DNA of 64,000 nucleotides from an uncultured Cytophagales bacterium (GTDB lineage Bacteria; Bacteroidota; Bacteroidia; Cytophagales; Amoebophilaceae): NCBI GenBank assembly GCA_946547305.1, contig CAMNOX010000005.1, positions 8,654 to 72,653 of the forward strand, read 5' to 3'. Shown piece by piece: positions 18,524 to 27,202 of this stretch (position 1 is its first letter; each line of letters starts with the position of its first letter). The notes under the pieces were generated by a model. It saw only the letters and a program-made list of their open reading frames with translations, ran no database searches and was not told where the DNA came from. The position numbers and the translations under genes were made by a program.

Positions 18524-20755
18524 TTAATACATAAGATACTGAATTGTAAACATGTAATATTCATTGTTATTTGGATAATATTTCGAACTGAATGTATTAA
18601 CATCCCAGAAAATATCTATCAAGCTAAGTTTAAACGAACCAATGAAATTACCAAATCTAAAATTAAAATATGCAGATACTTTAGGTTTAAAAAAGACATT
18701 AAATTTATCTTCATAGTCTCTGTTAAAATACTGCTGTGTAATCATATCAAAAGAATTTGGATTGTAATTTGTCCTCCAAAATAGCTCAAAACCTGTTGTT
18801 ATTTCAGCTACATTCTTGCTTAATACTTTATAAAAATATATCCTAGAGGATAATGAAAAAAATGGTACATTGTCATCATTTTCATTGTTTATATAGTCAA
18901 CATCCTTTTTGAAATATAATTTCTTATTAAAGATCGGCGATACCTCAATAAAGAAATATTTTACAAATTTGATATTCATATCAACGCTAGCTATTAAATG
19001 CAATAAAGCATTTTGATTTTGTCCAGGAATAGAAATATTAATATCTCTATCTTTAACCATATCCTGCTTAAAATACATTTTATTCCAACTAATATTTGAA
19101 GTAAACTTAGGTTTTATTTTAAATATATCCTTTATTTTTATGTCACTTTCGATATTTAGATATAAATCCAACGGAGTTTTATCATATTTATTATCATAAG
19201 ATCTTAAATTGTCATTAAAACACTTGTAATTACAATATAATAACGGTATTTTATGCCTTGAAAAGTCTAAATCAAATGTAATAAATCTATTTGTGTATCC
19301 TAAATATAACTTAAAAAATACAGATTTCCCAGCTACAGTCAAATTCGGACTAAAAGTAAGATTAAACGCATTCAAAATACAACCAATAGTAAATGGGTCA
19401 ATATACCATTGTCTGTCTAAAACTCTATTAAAAGTCTCATTTTTAATATCTGTTGTCGTGTTATAATTACTATCTATAACTCTAGTAGAAAACTTGATCG
19501 AATAATAAGCACAATAATTAAAATATGTATTTCTCCTAAATAATATACTATCTTTTACACCTACTTCGAATTTGTTTTCAAGGTATTTATCGCTATTCGA
19601 TATCATATAATACTTGCCAAGCTCAGGGTTCTTAAATAGACCATTTATAGTCTTATCTTTTATTTTATCTTTATATCTAACTACATATACATGTCTTCCA
19701 TCAACATCATCTTCTTTCTTTTCTTTTTCACCATATACACGCAATGTATTATTATCATAATTTAAATTATACTGACCATAAATACATATATTCTTCAACT
19801 TATATTGCAAATAACCTAATAAACTTATATCTATCAATCTTCTATTCAATACATTATCCAAAACATCCTGAACGTCAGTATCACCTATATATTTAGGATT
19901 TTCATCAACGCATGTACCACCATGATCTGAATGAATATAATTCCCTAGTACAATATTTAAAAGCCCAATCATTTTCTCATCTGTACTTTTATACAGGAAA
20001 TATGAAGAAACTGGGAAATTAATAATCGCTAAATTCAACATACTAGTTGTTTTTTGACTCAAAATACGCCTTCTTAACATTATATTAGTAGAAATACCTA
20101 AATGTATATTCTTATTAGCACTGAAATAAGTCCTTATATCAGTTAAAAAACCATCTCCACTGTCTAAATTAAATGATGCCTTTACATCTCCAATAGGCAT
20201 TTTAGTATCAAAAAATTTAATATCGTCTTCTTTGTATTTATACCTTTCATATCCAGAATATCCTAATACAGTTCCAATATCTGAAATCATTTCCGGCATT
20301 AAATTAAAAGTGCTAGAGCCATCTACACCTAAATCCTGTATAATATAGCGTGATTTTTGTTTTTCAGAATATAAATCAACACTTAGGATGTCTCTATTTT
20401 TTATTAAATCCCAATTTAAATTTTTATACTTTATATTATAGAAATTAGTATATTTTATATCATTTTTACTATATTTTTCATCATCATTTTCTATTCCTAT
20501 AAGTTTTTCTTCTTCACTAGAAAATTCAATATTATCAAAAAGCTTCTTATAGTCTGTTTTATCTGAGAATTTTAAATTATTGGAATTATTAAAATTACTA
20601 TTCGAAACCATATCGTTAATATCTTTAATTCCACTAAATTTACTAAGATTAGAAATATCTTTCATTAAATCTTTATTTGCATAATCTTGACCGTAATTGG
20701 TAGGTACAATAAGGAAATAAGGCAATAATATCAGAAGTGGGTGTAAACTCATCAA
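18524..20755 (-). CDS. large hypothetical outer-membrane protein (beta-barrel-like)
   Basis: 743 aa. Signal peptide MMSLHPLLILLPYFLIV and a Tyr/Phe/Asn-rich alternating sequence throughout. No family motif recognised. Confidence 0.5.
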   Translation of the reverse strand: MMSLHPLLILLPYFLIVPTNYGQDYANKDLMKDISNLSKFSGIKDINDMVSNSNFNNSNNLKFSDKTDYKKLFDNIEFSSEEEKLIGIENDDEKYSKNDIKYTNFYNIKYKNLNWDLIKNRDILSVDLYSEKQKSRYIIQDLGVDGSSTFNLMPEMISDIGTVLGYSGYERYKYKEDDIKFFDTKMPIGDVKASFNLDSGDGFLTDIRTYFSANKNIHLGISTNIMLRRRILSQKTTSMLNLAIINFPVSSYFLYKSTDEKMIGLLNIVLGNYIHSDHGGTCVDENPKYIGDTDVQDVLDNVLNRRLIDISLLGYLQYKLKNICIYGQYNLNYDNNTLRVYGEKEKKEDDVDGRHVYVVRYKDKIKDKTINGLFKNPELGKYYMISNSDKYLENKFEVGVKDSILFRRNTYFNYCAYYSIKFSTRVIDSNYNTTTDIKNETFNRVLDRQWYIDPFTIGCILNAFNLTFSPNLTVAGKSVFFKLYLGYTNRFITFDLDFSRHKIPLLYCNYKCFNDNLRSYDNKYDKTPLDLYLNIESDIKIKDIFKIKPKFTSNISWNKMYFKQDMVKDRDINISIPGQNQNALLHLIASVDMNIKFVKYFFIEVSPIFNKKLYFKKDVDYINNENDDNVPFFSLSSRIYFYKVLSKNVAEITTGFELFWRTNYNPNSFDMITQQYFNRDYEDKFNVFFKPKVSAYFNFRFGNFIGSFKLSLIDIFWDVNTFSSKYYPNNNEYYMFTIQYLMY

Positions 20756-20794
20756 ACTACTTATATATAAATTTTAACAGAATATCACAATAAT

Positions 20795-21559
20795 TTAATT
20801 TATCTTGAAAATATTTCTCGCGTTTTCACTTGTACAATTTATGACTTCATCTCTATCAACATTATATAACCTTGCAAGGTAATCAACAATATAGACTAGA
20901 TTACATGGGGTATTTATAGATCCTCTTACCGGTTCTGGTGATAAAAATGGAGAATCAGTTTCTAAGACTATATAACTTAATGGAATTTTTACAAGTACAT
21001 CCTTCAAACGTGATTTCTTGAATGTTAAAATTCCTCCTATACCAAGATAAAACCCTAAATCTATATATCTCCTAGCTTCTGATAAATCTCCTGTAAAACA
21101 ATGAATAACCCCACTAATGCCATTTTTTTTACTTAAAGTATTATAGACATCCTCAAAAGAATTCCTAGAATGAATAGAAACCGGTAATTTAGCAGAAATA
21201 GCAATATCTAATACCATATCTAAAAACAATTTTTGTTCCTTAATATTATCATGATTATTATAGTAATCTAATCCAATCTCGCCTATTCCAATATAATCAT
21301 AGTTCATTAAATATTTCTCGATTTCGGATACCTTAGATTTATATGAATGATCAATATGATCTGGATGTATACCTATCATAGGAGAGAATAATCTACTATC
21401 CAATGATACGAGCTTCCTGATATGTATATCATCATCTAAATTAGTACTAGGTAATAACACATTTGTAACACCAAACTCTTTTAAATTATTAATTAAACCA
21501 ACAGTATCGCTATAAGCACTCACATCATAAACATGAGCATGTGTATCAATAATCCCCAC
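20795..21559 (-). CDS. tatD: TatD-family metal-dependent hydrolase
   Basis: GTG start. IIDTHAHV, GEIGLDY, IHSR, IHCF and ETDSPF motifs. Confidence 0.9.
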   Translation of the reverse strand: MGIIDTHAHVYDVSAYSDTVGLINNLKEFGVTNVLLPSTNLDDDIHIRKLVSLDSRLFSPMIGIHPDHIDHSYKSKVSEIEKYLMNYDYIGIGEIGLDYYNNHDNIKEQKLFLDMVLDIAISAKLPVSIHSRNSFEDVYNTLSKKNGISGVIHCFTGDLSEARRYIDLGFYLGIGGILTFKKSRLKDVLVKIPLSYIVLETDSPFLSPEPVRGSINTPCNLVYIVDYLARLYNVDRDEVINCTSENARNIFKIN

Positions 21560-21577
21560 AAACTAATATTAATAAAA

Positions 21578-22186
21578 CTACTGCTTTTTATAAAGTTCAA
21601 TATTAACATTTGATCCCTCAACACCCTTTTCACAATCAATCACACCATAAGAGAACACAGCCATATCAAAGTGATTACCAGAATTGTTACACAATGCACT
21701 TCCAATATAATTACCAATAACTTTTACATTTCCAGCATCTTGTAAAAATACACCATGCAGCTTCTCATAATTAGCCTTTAATTGTTCCTTATCAGTAGCA
21801 AGATACATATCATTTCCATCAGTTGAAATACAAACTCCACACTTTAAAAGATTAATTAATGCTTGTGAACTACAAGAATGTCCTGATTCTTCTTCCTTAT
21901 CTTTATAAAAAGTATCATTAAACGATACTATATTTATTGTACGAAAATCATCAGCACATTTTAAAAAAGCATTCAAAACATCAGATGTAACGTTAACTTT
22001 TTTACTTTTAAGGAAATCAAGAATTTCGATATTATTATTTTTTAACAGTTTTATAACATGTCCATCATTATCATTTTTACAACAATCAAACCCATAAGTA
22101 TGAAAACAAAATAACGCATTTATACACATTAATGAACCAGTATATACCCTATTCATAATATATATATAAATAAAATATTGAAACAT
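21578..22186 (-). CDS. hypothetical Cys-rich secreted protein
   Basis: 202 aa. Leader followed by YGFDCCKNDNDG. No secure domain. Confidence 0.5.
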   Translation of the reverse strand: MFQYFIYIYIMNRVYTGSLMCINALFCFHTYGFDCCKNDNDGHVIKLLKNNNIEILDFLKSKKVNVTSDVLNAFLKCADDFRTINIVSFNDTFYKDKEEESGHSCSSQALINLLKCGVCISTDGNDMYLATDKEQLKANYEKLHGVFLQDAGNVKVIGNYIGSALCNNSGNHFDMAVFSYGVIDCEKGVEGSNVNIELYKKQ

Positions 22187-22234
22187 TAATTTTTTTATCT
22201 AAATATTAATTCTTTTATTTAACCTTTACAAATA

Positions 22235-23005
22235 ATGAAGTATCCAGAAGCTAATAAAGAATTAATCGACGTAAAATTAGAAAATGAAATGAGATTAGTA
22301 CAAAAGCTAGTGTCTTTAATACATTCGATACGTAAAAATAACAATATAAAAATTAGGCAACCATTGTCAAAAATTACACTACTTTCAGATACTGATATTA
22401 CTTTTATAAATAAATTCAAAGATATAATTTTATCGGAAACAAATATTAAGGACTTCCAGATTCTAAATGACTATTCTAGTCTTTTTACATATGACGTCAA
22501 GCCAAATTTAAAAATATTAGGTGCAAAATATAAAGACCTAATTGGTGAAATATCGTCAGAAATAAAGAACTTAAGTATAAATAAAATCAACGAATTAAAA
22601 AAAAACGGTTATATTACATTAGATTGCAACGTAAAAATAGGTATCGATGAATGTATCCTTGAATTAAAACCTAAATCTAATATTCTTGTAGGGGAGTATA
22701 ATAATATAACAGTTGCTATCGACGGTAACATCACAGAAGAGTTAAAAGAGGAATGTATAGCACGTGACTTCATAACCCTGATTCAAAATTACAGAAAAGC
22801 CAAATCTTTCAATATCAAAGATAAGATGGAAATCAAACTATTCACTGACGATAAACTAATTATAAATGCAATAAACAACAACTTAAAATTAATATGTAAT
22901 ACACTCCTCTGCACTAAACTAGAAATAACTGATTACAATAATAACAGCTTTGAAAATCTAACACTAAACAACTCTGAAATCTATATACAGGCAATACAAA
23001 TATAA
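22235..23005 (+). pseudogene. ileS: 3'-terminal fragment (last ~256 codons) of type-2 isoleucyl-tRNA synthetase
   Basis: KYPEANKELID.KLENEMRLVQK...IRKNNNIKIRQPL...VKPNLKILGAKYK...ITEELKEECIARDFITLIQNYRK is collinear with the C-terminal region of Bacteroidota IleRS as I recall it. The frame is closed by TAA at 22220-22222, and a divergent gene sits immediately upstream, so about 850 N-terminal codons are absent here. Confidence 0.8.
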
Positions 23006-23060
23006 CTAAATACCAGTAACCTAAATCAAAAATAATATTCTATGATTTATTACAGCAACG

Positions 23061-23749
23061 TCAACAATTCTTATTCTTAACATTATTAGCTGTATTCTCC
23101 TTTTGATTACCCTTATCAACCTTCTTATAATCTATCACAGGCCCTTTACCGACGTCTTTCGTTTTCTTGCTAGCCCTACCAGTTTTCGCTTTACTAGGCT
23201 TATTATCTTTATCAGTCTTAATCTTACTAGTCCCACCAGCATTATCAGCCTTATCTTTCTTGCTAGCCTTACTAGTCTTATCAGCCTTATCTTTCTTGCT
23301 AGCCTTACTAGTCTTATCAGGTAAATCATGAGGGTAGAAATATACTTTAACATCAGTTTCGTCATTAAATGACTTATCAATAATCTCTGCAACCTCAGAA
23401 GATCTTTCATCATTAATCTCTCCTTCTAAATAAGCTGTACCACTCGAACCATTTCCCATAATACATTCAGAACCATTATCTATATAATAAAATTTTAACA
23501 AACTCTCAGAATAATCATTGTATTTCTCTATAAATTTCTTTTTTAAAAACTCGCAAATACAATTTTTTTCATCAACAAAATCCGAACTTTTTAACTCATA
23601 AAGCATCCCAACAAGGTCATCAGAAATACTAAATGTACCAAAAAAAGGAGAGTTCAATTCATAAAAAGTAAATTTTACGTCTTCTCAGCAGAAAATATGT
23701 TATTAACAGACACTATTGCGAATGCAATCGAGATTATGTACTTAAACAT
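23061..23749 (-). pseudogene. Cys-tail family member A, frameshifted between signal peptide and body
   Basis: The signal-peptide frame (ATG 23749, MFKYIISIAFAIVSVNNIFSAEKT) stops at 23677-23675. The body frame opens after the stop at 23687-23685 and reads EDVKFTFYELNSPFF... The intact paralog reads SAEKMCKVKFYKL. The C-terminus is ...NVKNKNC. Confidence 0.6.
23248..23319 (-). repeat. perfect 36-nt tandem repeat x2, coding for KTSKASKKDKAD x2
   Basis: 23248-23283 is identical to 23284-23319. Confidence 0.9.
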
Positions 23750-23806
23750 AGTTTATGTTTACAGTAATTCCTTTAGAAATCCAAATAAAATAAATAAACC
23801 AATCAA

Positions 23807-24340
23807 CTAGTTACAACAACACCCTTTACTAATTTTTACAATCTTCTTACCACTATCAGGTATCTCTTTAGACTGCTTATCTTTTTCATATGGATAAAAA
23901 TATACATTAACAGTAGTTGTAGCTTCAGTACACGCACGGGAAATCGAACTTTCAATAAGTTCTTTAACCTTATTCTCTGACGAATCTGAAATTTCCGTAG
24001 TTAGTTCGGATACATTGTTCCCCTCAGCTGGCTCAATATAATTCTCAACACTACCACTTTTATCAAACCCGGATATAAGATATATTTTAATCAAATTATC
24101 AGAAAATACTTCAAGGATTTTACGCTTCAAGACACCAATAGTCTCATTAGATGTTAAATCATTTTTTTTAAAAGTCCATTTTAGGTTATTAACAATAGTT
24201 GCATTACTATTTGAAAATATATTGCCTCCACTTTCACTAGGGGTAAGCTTAAAAAATTTAATAGTAACACCAGTCTCAGAAGGACATACTTCATATAAAA
24301 AAAACATCATAAAAATAGTCTTGAATATAATATTGACCAT
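23807..24340 (-). CDS. Cys-tail family member B (ends ...KISKGCCCN)
   Basis: 177 aa. Signal peptide, VTIKFFKL strand, LIKIYLISGFD, VNVYFYPYEKDK, a basic tail, then CCC. Confidence 0.7.
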   Translation of the reverse strand: MVNIIFKTIFMMFFLYEVCPSETGVTIKFFKLTPSESGGNIFSNSNATIVNNLKWTFKKNDLTSNETIGVLKRKILEVFSDNLIKIYLISGFDKSGSVENYIEPAEGNNVSELTTEISDSSENKVKELIESSISRACTEATTTVNVYFYPYEKDKQSKEIPDSGKKIVKISKGCCCN

Positions 24341-24431
24341 ACTTTTTATTTACAAAACTTCCTTTGAAAATAAAAACTACATGGAAAAACAAAATATATC
24401 AATTGGCTATAAAATTAACTCTGGCGTAGTT

Positions 24432-25103
24432 TTAACAACAACAACCCTTCTTGTCTTTACTAGTACCAGCCTGCTTATCGTCTGTATTTCCTTTTCCATC
24501 CCTAACTGCCGTACCAGTTTTCTTTTTACCATCTTTACCTTTTATATCACCAATTACTGGACTAGTCTTTTTTTTATCTACTTTGCTTTTAACATTATTA
24601 ACTATAGGATTAGTCTTTTTTTTATTAACTTTGCTTTTAACATTATCAACTACTGGACTAGTCTTTTTTTTATCATCTACAGGTTTATCAAAAGGATGAA
24701 AAAACACAATAACATTTTTTGAGTGGTTAATCGCTCTCCTGATAATGTTTTCAACTTTACTATCTAATGTATCATTAATCTCATTAGTTAAATTATTAGC
24801 GTTATTTTTCTCATTCGCAAAAATGTTATTTTTTAAATCATAGCCTAGATTATATATTTTTATCAACTTATCAGGGAACTTCTTCGAGATCTCATTTCTC
24901 AGAAGTTCAAGAACCTTCCCCTTATGGCTATCAAGATCACTACCTTTTAGTGAATATTGTAAATCACACTTCCTAGAATTTTTTGTCTGAAATTCATCAT
25001 CTCCTATAAGTTCAAGAAAAATGATTTGAGTTGACATTTCCATAGAATACATGCTGTAACTCGACATCACAGCAAATATAGATTGCAACAAAAGCCTATT
25101 CAT
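24432..25103 (-). CDS. Cys-tail family member C (ends ...SKDKKGCCC)
   Basis: 223 aa. QIIFLEL, LIKIYNLGYD and VIVFFHPFDKP, followed by KKKTSPVVDNVKSKVN-type repeats, then CCC and the stop. Confidence 0.7.
   Translation of the reverse strand: MNRLLLQSIFAVMSSYSMYSMEMSTQIIFLELIGDDEFQTKNSRKCDLQYSLKGSDLDSHKGKVLELLRNEISKKFPDKLIKIYNLGYDLKNNIFANEKNNANNLTNEINDTLDSKVENIIRRAINHSKNVIVFFHPFDKPVDDKKKTSPVVDNVKSKVNKKKTNPIVNNVKSKVDKKKTSPVIGDIKGKDGKKKTGTAVRDGKGNTDDKQAGTSKDKKGCCC
24511..24680 (-). repeat. 48-nt tandem repeat, about 3.5 copies (copy starts at 24559, 24607 and 24655, plus a diverged copy upstream)
   Basis: Period read directly from the sequence. Codes for the KKKT.P(V/I)..(V/I)K.K(V/D). units. 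Confidence 0.85.
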
Positions 25104-25197
25104 GATTCTAATATAACATAATAATCTACAAAATATAAAAAACTGCTAAAAAACCTACAAAATAGCAAATACAACAAATAATAAAAAATCTATAAAA

Positions 25198-25893
25198 TTA
25201 CCTACAGCAGCAACTATTACTATTATTTGAGCTACTAGAATCACTTTTAGAACTATTTGAGCTGCTAGGACCACTTTTAGAACCGCCACCTTGAACAGGA
25301 GAAGAATAAACACTTTTATACTGCGCTTCAAAATACACCTTTTCATTACCACGTATGGGAATTCTGTCTAAATAATCATATTCACTATAACCAGGCAGAA
25401 AATATTTATATGGTTTTTTAGGATTAAAACTAGCATCTAGAAAGCAACCATTTTTAATACGATGCCCAGATTTATCAAGCACAAATATACTTTCATTGTA
25501 TTCATATACATCATTATTCTCGTCACCCTTAAAAGCGTCAATATGTCCGGGGTCACAAAATTTAAGACAAGCACCATCTAGTAATGCAAGTACTTTATTA
25601 TACTCATTAAAATCCGTAATTTTTCTCATTTGGTCTGTCGTTACAACATATAAGCTACAGACGTCTCCTTCATTTATGGTATGGACAATTACAAAATTAT
25701 TGCTCGACAAAAAAGGTTCTAATCCGACATTTTCATCACTAGTAGCTTTATCTAGACTATCCCCTTTAAAAGTACCAATTAATATTGTTCTATCTACAAA
25801 TTTATAGACATTATAGGTCACAGTTCTACTCTCCATTCCTTCAACTCTAAAATTCCCTAACAACGAACAAACAAGTCCAAATATAAAAACCAT
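25198..25893 (-). CDS. secreted protein with a different body but the same kind of tail (ends ...NNSNSCCCR)
   Basis: 231 aa. Signal-like N-terminus, a Ser-rich linker containing about 30-nt repeats, and CCC one residue before the stop. Confidence 0.6.
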   Translation of the reverse strand: MVFIFGLVCSLLGNFRVEGMESRTVTYNVYKFVDRTILIGTFKGDSLDKATSDENVGLEPFLSSNNFVIVHTINEGDVCSLYVVTTDQMRKITDFNEYNKVLALLDGACLKFCDPGHIDAFKGDENNDVYEYNESIFVLDKSGHRIKNGCFLDASFNPKKPYKYFLPGYSEYDYLDRIPIRGNEKVYFEAQYKSVYSSPVQGGGSKSGPSSSNSSKSDSSSSNNSNSCCCR

Positions 25894-25953
25894 ACCAGCT
25901 TGATTAAGAATAACAAAAAATTTAAGAAAACAAAATTTAGTAAAAACAAATAC

Positions 25954-26465
25954 TTAACAACAACACTTCTTACCACTCCCATTTTCATTACTATCGTTTT
26001 TTTTACCATTAGGGGCCTGTTGTTTGGCATGAGGATAAAAATACACATTCAAAGCACCATCTTTTTGAATTGCATCATTAATAAGAGTATGTACTCCATT
26101 TTCATCGGTAGCATCAATTTCCTTATCTAAAGTATTTGATGTTTTTGTTGGGGCATAGGCAGTTTTCTAAACATGTGAATGTTTTCATCAAAACCAATAA
26201 AAAGATATATTTTAATTTCCGCATTTGTAAATTTCCCTGAAATTTTATTTTTTAAAAATTCAATAATACGATTTTTATTATCTAACAAATCCGTATATCT
26301 TATATTAAAACTCAAATCACTGACTTGTTTACCACTATCACAATCAAACACATTATTAACAGCATCAGCAAGTTTATAGAATTTAACCTTACACATCTTC
26401 TCAGCAGAAAATATATTATTAACAGACACTATTACAAATACAATTTGGAACACCTTCATAATCAT
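25954..26465 (-). pseudogene. Cys-tail family member F, frameshifted (tail ...NGSGKKCCC lies in another frame)
   Basis: The 112-aa ORF (26465-26127) stops at ...PMPQQKHQIL. The -1/+2 frame continues TSNTLDKEIDATDENGVHTLINDAIQKDGALNVYFYPHAKQQAPNGKKNDSNENGSGKKCCC and stops at 25956-25954. The frames overlap around a cccc/aaaaa run. Confidence 0.6.
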
Positions 26466-26536
26466 ATGTTACAGAATAATTCTAAAAAACCTATAAAAAA
26501 CAAATTATATCAATCAGCCACAGAAATAACTCTGGT

Positions 26537-27151
26537 TTATTTTTTACAACAGCAACAGCAACAGCAACAACCACTACAGTTTTTAACTTTGCTGCCTGTT
26601 TTAGGTGACTGTGTTTTACTAGTTTCAATATAACAGTAAACACTCATATGCCTTCTCTGACTAACAGTGAATGGACCTTCATTACTAACAATCATTTCAA
26701 ATGATTTCATTATTGTATTATCAACAAGATTGTCTTCTGATTGCAATATCTCGCTATTCCTTAAATTACCATCTACTGGAACGTCCATCACTTCCTTATT
26801 AGGGGCAACTTGATAATGAATATAAATCAATTTAATATTATCTAATGATATACTATTGAGATTTTCTAATTTTAAGTGTGCCTTGGCAGGACCGCTAAGA
26901 TTAATATTTTTTAATTTATTTTTAAGCCACACAATAGCACTTTTTTCCCCCCCCACAGATTTTCTATATGCATTATACTCTGTTTTAGTAGCTGAGATTG
27001 CTCCAACACCAATTGAATTAAGTTGATTATACACTCCACCACTTACTTTATCAGTAATCAAATAAAAACTTATTGTACATTGATCGTCTGAGAATAGATT
27101 GAAAACACAACAGCAAAACAAAATAAACCTAAAATAACTTAATATTTTCAT
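26537..27151 (-). CDS. Cys-tail family member G (ends ...NCSGCCCCCCCCKK)
   Basis: Body has CTISFYLI, IKLIYIHYQV and MSVYCYIE. I prefer the internal ATG at 27151 (MKILSYF...) because the track start at 27214 overlaps proS. Confidence 0.65.
   Translation of the reverse strand: MKILSYFRFILFCCCVFNLFSDDQCTISFYLITDKVSGGVYNQLNSIGVGAISATKTEYNAYRKSVGGEKSAIVWLKNKLKNINLSGPAKAHLKLENLNSISLDNIKLIYIHYQVAPNKEVMDVPVDGNLRNSEILQSEDNLVDNTIMKSFEMIVSNEGPFTVSQRRHMSVYCYIETSKTQSPKTGSKVKNCSGCCCCCCCCKK
26546..26569 (-). repeat. eight consecutive Cys codons (tgt/tgc alternating)
   Basis: The plus strand reads aca aca gca aca gca aca gca aca. On the coding strand this is C x8, followed by KK and the stop. Confidence 0.95.
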
Positions 27152-27202
27152 TATAAGGAAGCTAAATAAATTAATTACAAAAACAAAATTATAACTAAAA
27201 AT

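Noticed and set aside
21578-22186. Possible OTU/papain-like cysteine protease (SGHSCSSQAL ... SGNHFDMAV)
   Set aside because: There are only two short, loosely matching segments, and no Asp-x-x-Cys context or third motif. This is too weak to call without a profile search.
23103-24722. ORFs 23103-23324, 23135-23413, 24222-24722 and 24451-24699, which overlap the Cys-tail genes
   Set aside because: They are alternative-frame or antisense readings of the 36-nt and 48-nt repeats. Their repetitive Leu/Ile/Ser-rich products and complete overlap with better-supported genes argue against them.
26325-26633. Plus-strand ORF containing a poly-Gln run (QQQQQQQQ)
   Set aside because: The run is just the reverse-complement reading of the eight Cys codons at 26546-26569. 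The minus-strand gene has the signal peptide and family motifs, so the Cys reading is the real one.
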